A DNA stretch of 64,000 bases from an uncultured delta proteobacterium (GCA_963755715.1 CAVWLW010000043.1:32001-96000), one strand, 5' to 3'; counted from the stretch's first letter, positions 1 through 12,294 are shown. The notes: generated from the letters alone by a model not told the origin. Translations and numbers: made by a program.

Positions 1-447
1 CTGCGCTTCGTGTCGATCTACGGTCCCGGCAAAGAAGCGCGCCATGGACCTTTGTCGTTTTACGGCCAATTGATCGAGCGAGCGCGCAGCGGCGAGACGT
101 GGGTGATTCCGCAGGGCGGCGATCAGCTCAACGACGCGGTTTACGTCGGCGACGTGGGGCGCGCGGTTTATCTTGGCATAAAAGCACCGGCGCCGAGCGC
201 ATGGACTTTTAATATCGGCACGGGGATGGCTTCGACGCCAAGAGATTTCTTGAATGCGGCGGCCAAATTATTTCCCGATCACAAGATCGAGCTCGGTCCC
301 GGACCGAGCAAGCTCGGCCGCAGCAAGCAAAGTTATTGCGTCTTCGATATTTCAGCCGCGGAAAAGAACCTCGGTTATGAGCCGGCCTACGACGTGGCGC
401 GCGGCGTGCGCGATTACGTGACTACGCTGGAGCGGCTCGGACGTTAA
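1..447 (+). CDS. NAD-dependent epimerase/dehydratase (extended SDR), C-terminal part, 5' end outside window
   Basis: Frame open from base 1: LRFVSIYGPG...DAVYVGDV...FNIGTG...DISAAEKNLGYEP, typical extended-SDR C-terminal motifs. Confidence 0.85.
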   Translation: MRFVSIYGPGKEARHGPLSFYGQLIERARSGETWVIPQGGDQLNDAVYVGDVGRAVYLGIKAPAPSAWTFNIGTGMASTPRDFLNAAAKLFPDHKIELGPGPSKLGRSKQSYCVFDISAAEKNLGYEPAYDVARGVRDYVTTLERLGR

Positions 448-497
448 AGTGAGAGCCATCAAATTCGTTTGAATAGACTTTTGTTGGAGAATGCATA

Positions 498-1565
498 ATG
501 CCAAGCCTTGCCTCGAATCTTATTGAAGTCGAAGACAGTTGGGAAGCGGTCAACGATTGGTTTTGCGCAGAGAAGCTGAGCGACGGCTTGCCGATCGTGC
601 CACCGACGCCGGAGCGGGTTGAAAAAATGCTCGGTGCGACCCGGCGCGATCCGCAGGAGATTATTGGGCCCATCCCGCCCAAGTGGGCGCCTTGCTCGAT
701 TGAAAAAATCGCGATCAACGCTGTCATGGCTGGATGTTTGCCTGAATATCTGCCGGTGATTATCGCCGCGGTGGAAGCGATCTGCGAGCCGCGCTTCAAT
801 CTTTACGGCGTGCAGGCGACGACCGGTTACGTCGGGCCGGCGCTGTTGCTCAACGGTCCGATCAGAAAACAGCTCAACGTCAATTGCGACTCTGGTGTGT
901 TTGGCCCCGGCTTTCGTTCCAATGCGACCATCGGCCGTGCCATGCGTTTGATTTTGATCACGGTCGGCGGCGGCTATCCGGGCGACACGGATCGATCGAC
1001 GTTTGGCTGGCCGGGCAAATACACCATGTGCTTCGGCGAAAACCAGGAGAAAAGTCCCTGGGAGCCGTACCACGTCGAATTCGGTTTTAAGCCGGAAGAA
1101 AGTTCCGTGACCGTTTTCGGCATCAATGGATTCCTGCCGATTCACACCGCAGGCAATCGCGGCGAGCAGGCGCTCTCGTCATTGGCCGAAGTGATCAAGA
1201 TGCATCACGGTGTGAGTCATCTCGACGTCGGCAGCTTCGGCGGTGGCACGCCGTTGATTGCGCTCGGCATCGAGGACGCCGAGATCATGGCGCGCGACGG
1301 TATCACCAAGAAGCAGGTCAAGGATTACTTGTGGGAGCATGCGTCGCTCAAGTTCTCCGAGATTCCCGCGCGCCGGAAAGGGCACAAGAGTGATGACGAA
1401 CTATTAAAAGACGCGCCGCACGTCACGCCGGACAGGGTCGTCCATCTGTCATCGAAGTCGGAAGACATCATGGTCATCGTCGTCGGCGGCAAGCACCGAC
1501 ACTCGGTATTCCTACCCATGTGGACGGGGCGGAACACGCTGTGTGTGATAAAGCCCATTCGATAG
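498..1565 (+). CDS. Conserved hypothetical protein of the DGLPIVPPT family (often found next to UGSC-type/thioredoxin-like proteins)
   Basis: 355 aa, RBS GGAG; motifs SDGLPIVPPTPERVEKML, EKIAINAVMAGC, NATIGRA, FGENQEKSPW. Confidence 0.7.
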   Translation: MPSLASNLIEVEDSWEAVNDWFCAEKLSDGLPIVPPTPERVEKMLGATRRDPQEIIGPIPPKWAPCSIEKIAINAVMAGCLPEYLPVIIAAVEAICEPRFNLYGVQATTGYVGPALLLNGPIRKQLNVNCDSGVFGPGFRSNATIGRAMRLILITVGGGYPGDTDRSTFGWPGKYTMCFGENQEKSPWEPYHVEFGFKPEESSVTVFGINGFLPIHTAGNRGEQALSSLAEVIKMHHGVSHLDVGSFGGGTPLIALGIEDAEIMARDGITKKQVKDYLWEHASLKFSEIPARRKGHKSDDELLKDAPHVTPDRVVHLSSKSEDIMVIVVGGKHRHSVFLPMWTGRNTLCVIKPIR

Positions 1566-1634
1566 CAATTGGAGTACTGGAGTGATGGGAGGATGGTGCT
1601 TTCGGTCATGGGAATCGAGGATGGAGGATTGAGG

Positions 1635-2609
1635 ATGGGTCGCGCCGCGGCGATTCTTATGTTTGCGGTTGTGCTGGCGACGCCTTGCGCGGCACAGGAG
1701 AAAGTTCGCTTTCCGATCGGCGAGTCTTCGAAGACTTTGAGTTACGGTCCGCTTTGGGTGGCTGGGAAGATGGGTTTCTTCGACAAGGAAGGCTTGGAGG
1801 TGCCGATCGTTACCATGCGCGGGTCGCCGTTGACGATTCAAGCGCTGACCGCCGATTCCATCTACGTTGCCAATGCGACGGTCGACACGCTCATCAGCGC
1901 CTATGAGAAGGGAGCCGATATTACGATGATCGGCGGCCTGATCAACGGCCTCGGTTTGAGCATGATCGGCGGCAAGCCGTACAAAACCTACGCGGATCTG
2001 CGCGGGACGACGATCGGCACGCAGACACTGACCTCCGGCACCGGCTTCGCTTTGCGCCTAGTGTTAAAGGTCCATGGTTTAGAATATCCGCGCGATTACG
2101 CGCTGCTCAATATCGGCGGCGCTGCCGACCGCTATCAGGCATTAACCTCCGGCCAAATTTCCTCGGCGCCTGTCGGGGTGCCGCTCGATCTCGTCGCCAA
2201 GCAACAGGGTTTCAATATCATCGGTTACTTCGCCGATGACCAGCCCAATTTTCAGTTCAACGTCTACATCGTCAAACGCTCCTGGGCCGAAAAAAACCGG
2301 CCGCTGGTGGTGCGCTTCATGAAAGCGATGGTGTCGACAATGCGCTGGATGATGGACAATCGCGAGGCTGCCTGCGGCTATTTGTCGAAGGAGATGGTGA
2401 TTAGCGCGGACCACTGCCGTTACGCTTCCGACTATAACTGGAAAAGCCGAATCTGGGATCGCAACGCCGATCTTAACGTCGAAGGCGTGCGCACGCTGAT
2501 CAAAATCACCGCCGAGCAAGGCACACTCAAGGAGCCGTTGCCGCAACCGGCGAAGTACATCGATCAGAGTTATCTCAAGCAAGCGCTGGCGGAAATTGGT
2601 AAGAGGTAA
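1635..2609 (+). CDS. ABC transporter substrate-binding protein, NMT1/SsuA-like
   Basis: Signal peptide (..CAAQEK), GFFDKEGLEV, DLRGTTIG, C-terminal YIDQSYL; start moved to the ATG at 1635 after GAGG. Confidence 0.85.
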   Translation: MGRAAAILMFAVVLATPCAAQEKVRFPIGESSKTLSYGPLWVAGKMGFFDKEGLEVPIVTMRGSPLTIQALTADSIYVANATVDTLISAYEKGADITMIGGLINGLGLSMIGGKPYKTYADLRGTTIGTQTLTSGTGFALRLVLKVHGLEYPRDYALLNIGGAADRYQALTSGQISSAPVGVPLDLVAKQQGFNIIGYFADDQPNFQFNVYIVKRSWAEKNRPLVVRFMKAMVSTMRWMMDNREAACGYLSKEMVISADHCRYASDYNWKSRIWDRNADLNVEGVRTLIKITAEQGTLKEPLPQPAKYIDQSYLKQALAEIGKR

Positions 2610-2636
2610 GGGGTGAGGCGTCAGGAGTAAGGAGAT

Positions 2637-3641
2637 TTGATGAATTCGCGCGGCATGATTGCAGGAATGATACTGTTGATCGGTTTTTTGTTCGTGTGGC
2701 GACCGGCGACGGCTCAAGACAAAGTCAGAATGGGTCTCAGCTCCGTGAGCGGGCTGCATAGCGCAGTGTGGGTTGCGGAACAGAAGGGCTTGTTTCGTAA
2801 GCATGGGATTGACGCTGAAGTCATCGTGACGGGTCAGGGTGGCACAGCGGGAATCAGCGCGCTGCTCGCCAACGACGTCCAGATAGTCAATTCAGCGGGT
2901 GATGTTCTGGTTGCGGCGGCGTTGCGCGGCGGTGACACCGTGATGATCGCGGGCGTCGTCAACAAAGGGCTGCAGCGATTGGTCACCAAACCGGAGATCA
3001 AAACGCCGGCGGACTTGAAGGGCAAGCGGATCGGTGTCACCCGGATCGGCGCGGTTTCTCATTCGGTTCTGCTGATGATGCTGCAGCAGTGGAAAATGAG
3101 CCCCAGCGACGTGCAGGTCATGCAGCTCGGCTCGTCGCCGAGTATGCTGGCGAGCCTCGACAAAGGCGGCATCGAGGGCGCGGTGCTGACGATTCCGTCG
3201 ATGTTCGTCGCCGAGGACCGCGGCTATCGTGTCTTGCTCGATATGGGGGATACGGACATTTATTATCTGCACACGATGGTCGCGACGACCCGCCAATACA
3301 TCAAGAACAATCGCGATAAGGTTTTGCGTTTTCTCAAAGGATACTTGGAAGGCATCGCCTTCGTGAAGCAACACAAGAAGGAAAGTCTGGATATCGTCAA
3401 GAAAAAACTTCGGCTTGGCCCGGAGCAGGAACGCAACCTAGAACGTTCCCTCGATTTATTGATCGCAAAATATTACGAGAACGTCCCCTATCCGTCGATG
3501 CGCGGCGTCGAGACTGTGTTGGGCTTCGTCGAAAAAGATAATCCCAAGGCCAAGAGCGCGGATCCAAAATCGTTCGTCGACGATAGCCTGCTGCGCGAGA
3601 TCGAAGCCAGCGGGTTCGTCAAAACGTTGTACCAACGCTAG
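2637..3641 (+). CDS. ABC transporter substrate-binding protein, NMT1/SsuA-like
   Basis: Signal peptide, GLFRKHGID, DLKGKRIGVTRIG, FVDDSLL. Confidence 0.88.
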   Translation: MMNSRGMIAGMILLIGFLFVWRPATAQDKVRMGLSSVSGLHSAVWVAEQKGLFRKHGIDAEVIVTGQGGTAGISALLANDVQIVNSAGDVLVAAALRGGDTVMIAGVVNKGLQRLVTKPEIKTPADLKGKRIGVTRIGAVSHSVLLMMLQQWKMSPSDVQVMQLGSSPSMLASLDKGGIEGAVLTIPSMFVAEDRGYRVLLDMGDTDIYYLHTMVATTRQYIKNNRDKVLRFLKGYLEGIAFVKQHKKESLDIVKKKLRLGPEQERNLERSLDLLIAKYYENVPYPSMRGVETVLGFVEKDNPKAKSADPKSFVDDSLLREIEASGFVKTLYQR

Positions 3642-3665
3642 AAAACATTCGCTTCTGGCACGCCG

Positions 3666-4661
3666 ATGAAAACGCTTTGGTTTAGTTTCGTTGCCGCCGG
3701 CTGCGCGCTTATTAATCACACCGACGCCTTTGCGCAAGACAAAATAAGAGTGGGATTGAGCTCGGTGAGCGCCCTTCATGGCGCCATGTGGGTCGCCGAA
3801 CAAAAAGGCCTCTTTCGTAAGCATGGCATCGAAACGGAAATCATCGTTACCGGCCAGGGTGCTACGGCTGGTATCGGCGCGCTGCTCGCCAACGATATCC
3901 AGATCGCCAGTGCCGGGGGAGATTCTCTGGTGAACGCCGCCTTGCGCGGCGGCGAGACCGTGATAATCGCTGCCGGTGTCAATAAAGGGTTGAACAGGAT
4001 TATGGTGCGGTCGGATATCAAAACTCCGGCGGACCTTAAAGGAAGAAAGATCGGCGCGACTCGCATCGGCGCGGTGTCTCACTCGGTTCTTTTGATGATG
4101 CTCAAACGCTGGAACATGAGCGCGACAGACGTTCAAGTTCTTCAGCTCGGATCTTCGCCGAACATGCTCCAAGCCTTGGACAAGGGCGGCATCGATGGGG
4201 CTGTGATGACGATCCCCTTCGTATTCATCGCCGAGGATCGCGGGTTTCGCGTCTTAGTCGATCTGGCGGAAACGGATATTTACTATCTTCACACCATGAT
4301 CGCTTCCACGCGAAGCTACATCAAGGCCAATCGCGACAACGCGCTAAGATTTCTCAAGGGTTTCTTGGAGGGCATCGCCTATTTCAAGCATAACAAAAAG
4401 GAGAGTCTCGAAATCGTCAGAAAGAAGCTTCGTGTCAACGCAGAGCAAGAGCGGAATCTCGAACGCTCTTACGACCTTCTGGCTACGAAATACTACGAAG
4501 CCACGCCTTATCCCTCGCTGCGCGGCGTCGAGACGGTGCTCGGATTACTCGAAAAAGATAATCCGAAGGCAAAGAGCGCCGATCCAAAATCATTTGTCGA
4601 TGACAGTCTATTGCGCGAAATCGATCAGAGCGGTTTTATCAAAAAACTTTACGAACGTTAG
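3666..4661 (+). CDS. ABC transporter substrate-binding protein, NMT1/SsuA-like; tandem paralog of 2637..3641
   Basis: Long identical peptide runs with the upstream gene (e.g. TRIGAVSHSVLLMML, TDIYYLHTM, KDNPKAKSADPKSFVDDSLLREI). Confidence 0.88.
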   Translation: MKTLWFSFVAAGCALINHTDAFAQDKIRVGLSSVSALHGAMWVAEQKGLFRKHGIETEIIVTGQGATAGIGALLANDIQIASAGGDSLVNAALRGGETVIIAAGVNKGLNRIMVRSDIKTPADLKGRKIGATRIGAVSHSVLLMMLKRWNMSATDVQVLQLGSSPNMLQALDKGGIDGAVMTIPFVFIAEDRGFRVLVDLAETDIYYLHTMIASTRSYIKANRDNALRFLKGFLEGIAYFKHNKKESLEIVRKKLRVNAEQERNLERSYDLLATKYYEATPYPSLRGVETVLGLLEKDNPKAKSADPKSFVDDSLLREIDQSGFIKKLYER

Positions 4662-5349
4662 TCGCTACGACAAATAAAAATCCTCCACGGTAAAATTGCT
4701 GCTCCGTCGTTTATAAGCGTTTGCATCGATTGTCCTCAGTCTTTCACCGCTAATTCTTCTTTTCATCCGAACCAAACCTTCCGTCCGCAGCAGCGCGTAT
4801 TTCCATCACCCTGATTCATTCGTTTCTTCGTTCCGTCCGGCGTGCCCATCGATACGGCACAATAAAAATTGTCGGTGAGTGAATGAGATCTTCGGTTTCT
4901 GTTCGTTTTTGCCCTTCCGGGGTTCACCGATCGCCGCAAGCATGGCAGTAAAATTTGGCAGTTTCTGTTGCGACTTTCCGCAAAATCGCATTCAAAAAAC
5001 CATTGGCCCGCTGGAGTTTATTAGAGTCACCTAAAACACCGCGATGGCACGAAAAGTGCTCGATTGTCGACGAACAAGCGGGACACACTCAAGTCATGAT
5101 TGGTATCAATTCCATCACCCTTTGTCGGCGATCATCGGAGGGAATGTGAGGGAGTTAAAGGAGTATGCTGATCATGACGATTATTCTTGTAGTGCACATG
5201 TAGAGCCATTGGCCGGAAACATTATGCGGAGTTCACAGTTGCTGAATTTATTATGACAAGGGAGCCCGCCTGGATACTACCAGCCGGGCTCTTGCTTCTT
5301 TTGGCGTAGCGCTCTGAGCACGGCGATAGCGAGCCGAGTGTCTTTACCG

Positions 5350-6714
<1,365 letters not shown>

Positions 6715-6795
6715 AATTAATAAACGACCCTGTAGGAAGCTTAAAGTTTGGACGGGGAAAAGGAATCCACAGAACCCAAGGAAAAGAGGTCGAAA

Positions 6796-7167
6796 ATGCC
6801 GACAAAATCGATTTTGATCGTTGATAACAATCCAGTGAACTTAAAGCTCATCCGCGTGCTGCTTGCCGGTGAGGGGTACGACGTGCATACGGCCGGCGAC
6901 GCCGACGAAGCGTTGCGCGTGCTAAAAAACTTGAGTCCGCAACTGATCCTCATGGACGTGCAATTGCCCGGTATCGATGGCCTCGAGCTAACGCGTCGGT
7001 TAAAGGCGGATCCGGCGACTCGCGATATCAAAATCCTCGGCTTGACCGCCTATGCGATGAAAGGGGATCGAGAAAAAATATTGGCGGCCGGCTGCGACGG
7101 CTATATCGCGAAGCCCATCGATACGCGTGCGCTCCCCGGCCTGCTGGAACATTATTTCGAAAGCTAA
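6796..7167 (+). CDS. Single-domain response regulator (DivK-like)
   Basis: ILIVDNN, LILMDVQLPGIDG, LTAYAMKGDREKILAAGCDGYIAKP. Confidence 0.9.
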   Translation: MPTKSILIVDNNPVNLKLIRVLLAGEGYDVHTAGDADEALRVLKNLSPQLILMDVQLPGIDGLELTRRLKADPATRDIKILGLTAYAMKGDREKILAAGCDGYIAKPIDTRALPGLLEHYFES

Positions 7168-7199
7168 CCGCGGCTTTGGACTCCGATGCGTGAACCCTT

Positions 7200-9925
7200 A
7201 TGACTCCTATGAAAATTCTCGTGGTTGAAGATAACCCGATCTCGCGAAAGCTTACCCGTCTTGCGCTGGAAACAGAAGGTTTCGGTGTGATTGAGGCCGC
7301 CAACGGCCAATCCGCGATTGACGCTGTCACGCGCGACCACCCAGATCTGATCCTGCAGGATCTTTTGCTTCCCGACTTGGACGGCTTCGAACTCGTACAT
7401 CGGTTGCATGAATTGACACAAGCCGAAAGGGTGCCGATCTTGGCGCTCATGGGTCTCATCGCCGCGGGCGATGAAAAGAAGCTGCCGACGGCGCCATTCG
7501 CGGATTATTTGTTTAAGCCGGTGGAGCCGTCGTTTTTAGTCAGCACGGTGCGCGGCCATTTGGCCGCCAGTCGGACCTCGGAACACATGCCGGGATCCGG
7601 ACGGGTCGTTTTGGCCGTCGATGATGACCCGAAACAATTGAAACTGTTGTCCACTTATCTCGCCAATCTCGGTTTCGGTGTGACGACGGCAAAAGACGGC
7701 GCTGAAGCGCTGACAAAAGCCGAAACGACGCTGCCCGATGCCGTGATCAGCGATGTTTTGATGCCGCGCATCGACGGCTTCGAGCTCTGCCGATCCCTCC
7801 GCAAACATGAACGACTGGGCAAAATTCCCATCGTGTTGTTGACGAACAGCTATGATGACGCCGCGGATCAGCGATCTGGCGGCCGCCAGCGGCGCCAACG
7901 CGCTGATCCATCGAACTCCCGATTGCAACGAGGCGGTCGAAATCCTGCTCGCCAGTCTCAATCATCCGGCGCCGTCGCCCGTGCCGGATGACGGGCACTT
8001 CGAAGCCGGACACAAAGAGAGCCTGATGCGGCAACTCAATCGACAAGCCCGGCTCAACGTCGATTTGGCGCGCCGCTGTGCGGCGCAGAGCGCTCAGCTC
8101 TCCGTGCTCGCGAGCGCCGCGCAAAATTTTATGAAACCGGGCCAGAGCATTGAAGGTCTGCTCTCGGAGATCTTGGCGCACTATCTGGCCGTCATTAGCT
8201 TTTCCCGTGGCGCGGTATATCTGGTCGATGGCGCTTCGCATCTCAAGTTGTCGGGGCAGATCGGCTTTCCGCAGTCGAGCGAATCGGCCTTGACGGAATT
8301 TTTCGGCAGCGCGGACGTTGCTGCGCGAAGTCATGGCTTGCGAAGAGCCGACGATGTTCAGCACGCCGGCCGCCGATGCGCGCTTTCAAGCTCTCTTGAC
8401 CCATGCCGCGGTCAGGTCCGTCATTATCGCGCCTCTGTCTTTTGAGGGCCGCGCGCTCGGCGTCATTGCGCTGTTTTCCGAAACCCGAGAGCTTTACCCG
8501 GAATGGGTCTATCTTTCCAAACTCATTCACGGTCAAATCAGCCAAGCCGTAGCGCTCTGGCAAACCATTTTCCAGTTAAAATATTTGGCCGAGTACGATC
8601 CTCTCACCGGGATGGCGAATCGCTCGCGCTTGACCGAGCGTTTGCAGCAGCTTCTCGGCGCCGAAAAGGCGCCCCTTGAGCTGGCGCTGTTGCGCGTCAA
8701 CATCGACCGCTTCGAAGAGATCAATAATGCGTTGAGTTACCGCAACGGCGACGAATTGCTGCGCCAGTTCGGCGTCCGCTTGCAACAAGCTCTCACTCAC
8801 GCAGACATGATTGCGCGCCTGGGCGCCGACGAGTTCGGGGTCATCGTCGCGGCTACCGGCGTGTCGCAGACGGCATCGGATATTGCGCATTCGATCACCG
8901 AGGCAATCGAGACCCCGTTCGTGATCGACGGTCTTCCCTTGGATGTGCATGCGAGTATCGGCATCGCGCTCGCTCCCGAGCATGCCGACAATGCCGATGA
9001 CCTACTGCGCCGCGCCGACATGGCTATGCGGGCGGCCAAACGCTCGACGGCGGGTTTCATCGTTTATGGCGCCAGCATCGATCAGTACGACCCGCGGCGG
9101 TTGACGCTGATGGGCGAACTCAGTTTTGCCATCGAGAACGACGAGCTGGCGATCTATTACCAACCTAAGGTGAGCTTCAAGACCAACCGCATCGTCGGTG
9201 TCGAGGCGCTGTTGCGCTGGCAGCATCCGCAGCGCGGCATGATCGCGCCGGATCAAATTATCCCGCTGGCAGAGAAGACCGGCGCGATCCAGCGTTTGAC
9301 CGAATGGGTGCTTGGCAGCGCATCGCGCCAAGCCGCGGCCTGGCGGCGTGCGGGGATCGACATCGGAGTCGCCATCAATCTATCCACCCGCAACCTGATC
9401 GAACCGGCATTTCCCAACCGGGTGATGGCCATGCTTGATCGCGACGAAACGACGGCGGGGCGGATTACCCTGGAAATCACCGAGAGCGCTTTGATGGCCG
9501 ATCCCTCGAAGGCGAGAAAGGCGCTGATGTTTCTTAGTCAGCAAGGCATCCGGTTTTCGATCGATGATTTTGGCACCGGCTACTCATCCCTCGCGTATCT
9601 CAAACATTTGCCGGTGAGCGAAATCAAAATCGACAAAATTTTTGTTTCGACCATGATGACCGACACCGACAACGCTACGATTGTCCGCTCCACCATCGAC
9701 CTCGGCCACAATCTTGGCCTGTCGGTCGTTGCGGAAGGAGTGGAAGACCGACAAACGTGGGAGCAGCTCAGCCTTTTGGGGTGTGACCACGCGCAGGGTT
9801 ATTACCTCAGCCGACCTTTGCCTGTCGATCAGTTGGAACGCTGGCTCAAGGAGTCGAACTGGGGAATTGCTCGGCAGGCTCGTGCCGGATCAATAATCGA
9901 TCGCCATGATCATTCACGCCTATGA
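7200..9925 (+). CDS. REC-REC-GAF-GGDEF-EAL c-di-GMP signalling protein, split by two frameshifts (~7870, ~8318)
   Basis: Three overlapping ORFs (7200..7991, 7852..8445, 8318..9925) join into a coherent domain order; YDPLTG, RLGADEF, VEALLRW, DDFGTGYSS, AEGVE. Confidence 0.85.
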
Positions 9926-10358
9926 AACAAGAGTACCATTCACAATCGGGGTCGGCCAAAAGTCGCGCGGGATAAGCACGGTAGGTGCGTGGGGGCGATC
10001 GGCGGCAGATTAGCTAAATCCGCCTCGGCCGTTTTTTCGCGTTCGGTGCGCGCTGCCGCGTTAGTCTTCTACATCTTGAGCAGGTATCTAAAATGGGCAC
10101 GGGCTTTGGAAGTCGACCTGCTTCTGCATTTCCTGCTCGGCCGGTTCGTTTCGATCTGCTCTCGGCGCCGCCGTAATTAAAAGGTCACATCGACAAGAAT
10201 GAACGATTTGGCGATGATGAAAATCTTGCTTGAAACAGCGTTGCTCCTTAAATGGCAGGCAATATCCTAGTTATTCCAAAGGACTACTAGATGTCGGATC
10301 GACTCTATTCGAGTCGCGGCTATTATCCTGCGGCACTATTCCTGCTTAATAGAAGCGC

Positions 10359-10802
10359 GTGGCGGAAAAAAAGAAGAGAATACTCATCGTTGAAGACAAC
10401 GCTGACTGCCGCGAACTGCTCAGACTGATAATCACCAGACAGCTAGGCTGCGAAGTCGTCGAGGCGGCCACGGGACTCGCAGCCGTTGATCAAGCGAGCG
10501 CCACGCACCCCGATCTGATCCTCATGGACCTCGGCTTGCCCGGAATAAGCGGCGTTGAAGCAACCGAGCGCATCAAGGCGAATCCCGCCATCAAGGACAT
10601 ACCGATCGTAATCAATACCGCTTTTAACGCCACTGATCTCACAAGGCGCGCGCTCGCCGCAGGCGCTGCAGAGATTTTACACAAACCTATCGAGCTAATG
10701 GTTTTGCGCGATACTCTTCACAAATATTTGTCGAAGGAGTCGAGTGCCAGCGAAAGTGTCGTGGATCGAATTGAATCAAAGTTCGTTGAGTGCGAAAGGT
10801 AA
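10359..10802 (+). CDS. Single-domain response regulator
   Basis: ILIVEDN, DLILMDLGLPGISG, INTA, HKP. Confidence 0.88.
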   Translation: MAEKKKRILIVEDNADCRELLRLIITRQLGCEVVEAATGLAAVDQASATHPDLILMDLGLPGISGVEATERIKANPAIKDIPIVINTAFNATDLTRRALAAGAAEILHKPIELMVLRDTLHKYLSKESSASESVVDRIESKFVECER

Positions 10803-11265
10803 ATAGATGCTGACCCGCTGATACCATGCATGTTCGTTCGCAATTCTTGATTTCGACAACCTGTACGTAAAGTTAATGTTTCTTGCCGGTGGCAGCCTGC
10901 CGAAAGATGTCTGGCAAAGACGATATCATCCTGTTCGATCCGCGTATTCTGAGTCGCGCCGAAGATCGTTGAAAACGATAGGTTTAACCAAAAGACATTG
11001 CTCATCGGTCATTTCGCGACGTTGCGACTCATCGACCGGCCTACATCCCTTGTAATCGAGCGTCTTTCTCACCTGTAATCTCATAATAACAACGCTCTCT
11101 CGTTGCGCGTGTCTGAGCAGAGACCCGAACGCTTCCACCTTCGTGAGGCGGACGTAAAAGCGCGAGAGATACGGTATTGCGTGACTCGTTGATTCCGTAG
11201 CTCGATTTCCCCTATATCAGTCTTCTTGTCATCGCTGCGGACCACAGCGATGACTCTCGTTTCCC

Positions 11266-11295
11266 TTGACAATTCCCTGACGGCTTGAATAAGGT
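11266..11295 (+). promoter_or_regulatory. Putative sigma70 promoter of the hydratase-lyase operon
   Basis: TTGACA-18 bp-TAAGGT, then GAGGAGG RBS before the GTG at 11327. Confidence 0.5.
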
Positions 11296-11326
11296 CATGA
11301 CAAATTCGTTGAGGAGGTATTAAACC

Positions 11327-12166
11327 GTGGCCGCAACATTATGGAAAGAATATAAGACCGTTAAAGTAGAAAAAGAGGATGGCATCAGCTGGTGCATTCT
11401 CAATCGTCCTGAGAAACGCAATGCGATGAACCCGCAGCTTCATTATGACATGCTCGAAGCGCTCACCGAGTTGGAAGTTGACAAAGACACCAAGGTTCTG
11501 GTGATCACCGGCGCCGGGCCGAGTTGGTGCGCTGGGCAGGATCTGCGCGAATACTTCCGTGGCACCGACAACAATCCGCTCGAACGGCGCAAGGCGAGCT
11601 GGGCGTCTCAGGAATGGCGCTGGCGCAAACTCTTCTACTACCCGAAACCGACCATCGCGATGGTGAACGGCTTCTGTTTTGGCGGCGCTTTCACACCACT
11701 GATCGCCTGCGATTTTGCGATTGCCGCCGAGGATGCGACCTTTGGGCTGAGCGAAGTCAATTGGGGTATTTTTCCAGGCGGGTTGGTGAGCCGGGTTTTG
11801 GCCGACGCGATGTGCTACCGCGACGCCATGTGGGCGATCATGACCGGCGACCCGTTCGACGGCAAGAAAGCCGCTGAGATGAAGCTGATCAACTACGCCG
11901 TGCCGAAGGAAAAATTGCGCGAGGAGACGATCGGCCTGGCGCAAAAGCTGATGAAAAAGAACCCGCAGGTGCTGCGCGCTGCAAAGGAAGTCTACAAGTA
12001 TTGCCGCACCATGGATTACAGCCAGGCTGAAGAATACATGAGCGCGAAAGGCACGGCGCTTCGTCTCACCGATCCGGAAAAGGGCCGTGAGACCGGCATG
12101 GAGCAATTTCTCGACAAGAAAACCTATCGTCCTGGACTGGGCGAATACAACCGCGACGCGAAATAG
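11327..12166 (+). CDS. ech: p-Hydroxycinnamoyl-CoA hydratase/lyase (HCHL, crotonase family)
   Basis: Colinear with Pseudomonas HCHL as recalled: LNRPEKRNAM, DLREYFR, PTIAMVNGFCFGG, FGLSEVNWG, KNPQVLRAAK, GMEQFLDKKTYRPGL. Confidence 0.85.
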   Translation: MAATLWKEYKTVKVEKEDGISWCILNRPEKRNAMNPQLHYDMLEALTELEVDKDTKVLVITGAGPSWCAGQDLREYFRGTDNNPLERRKASWASQEWRWRKLFYYPKPTIAMVNGFCFGGAFTPLIACDFAIAAEDATFGLSEVNWGIFPGGLVSRVLADAMCYRDAMWAIMTGDPFDGKKAAEMKLINYAVPKEKLREETIGLAQKLMKKNPQVLRAAKEVYKYCRTMDYSQAEEYMSAKGTALRLTDPEKGRETGMEQFLDKKTYRPGLGEYNRDAK

Positions 12167-12171
12167 CGAGA

Positions 12172-12294
12172 AAATGGATAATGGAGAATTGAGAATGGAG
12201 AATTAAAGTCAGGTGTTTTGCGCTCGTAGTACGCTTGCGCCCTCTACCTCTAAATTCTCCTCTCTCTCCCATTATCCATTATCAATTATCCATT
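12172..12294. repeat. Inverted arrays of heptamer repeats (AATGGAG/AATTGAG ... CCATTAT/CAATTAT)
   Basis: Left arm 12172-12204 and complementary right arm 12253-12294 fill the intergenic spacer. Confidence 0.75.

Noticed and set aside
7163-7190. CTAACCGCGGCTTTGGAC resembles the left half of the attC at 32118-32180
   Set aside because: No complementary L'/R' half downstream, and it lies in a 32-bp operon spacer; treated as coincidence
7850-8330. Programmed frameshifting in the GGDEF-EAL gene
   Set aside because: No slippery heptamer at either shift, and similar indels occur throughout the window
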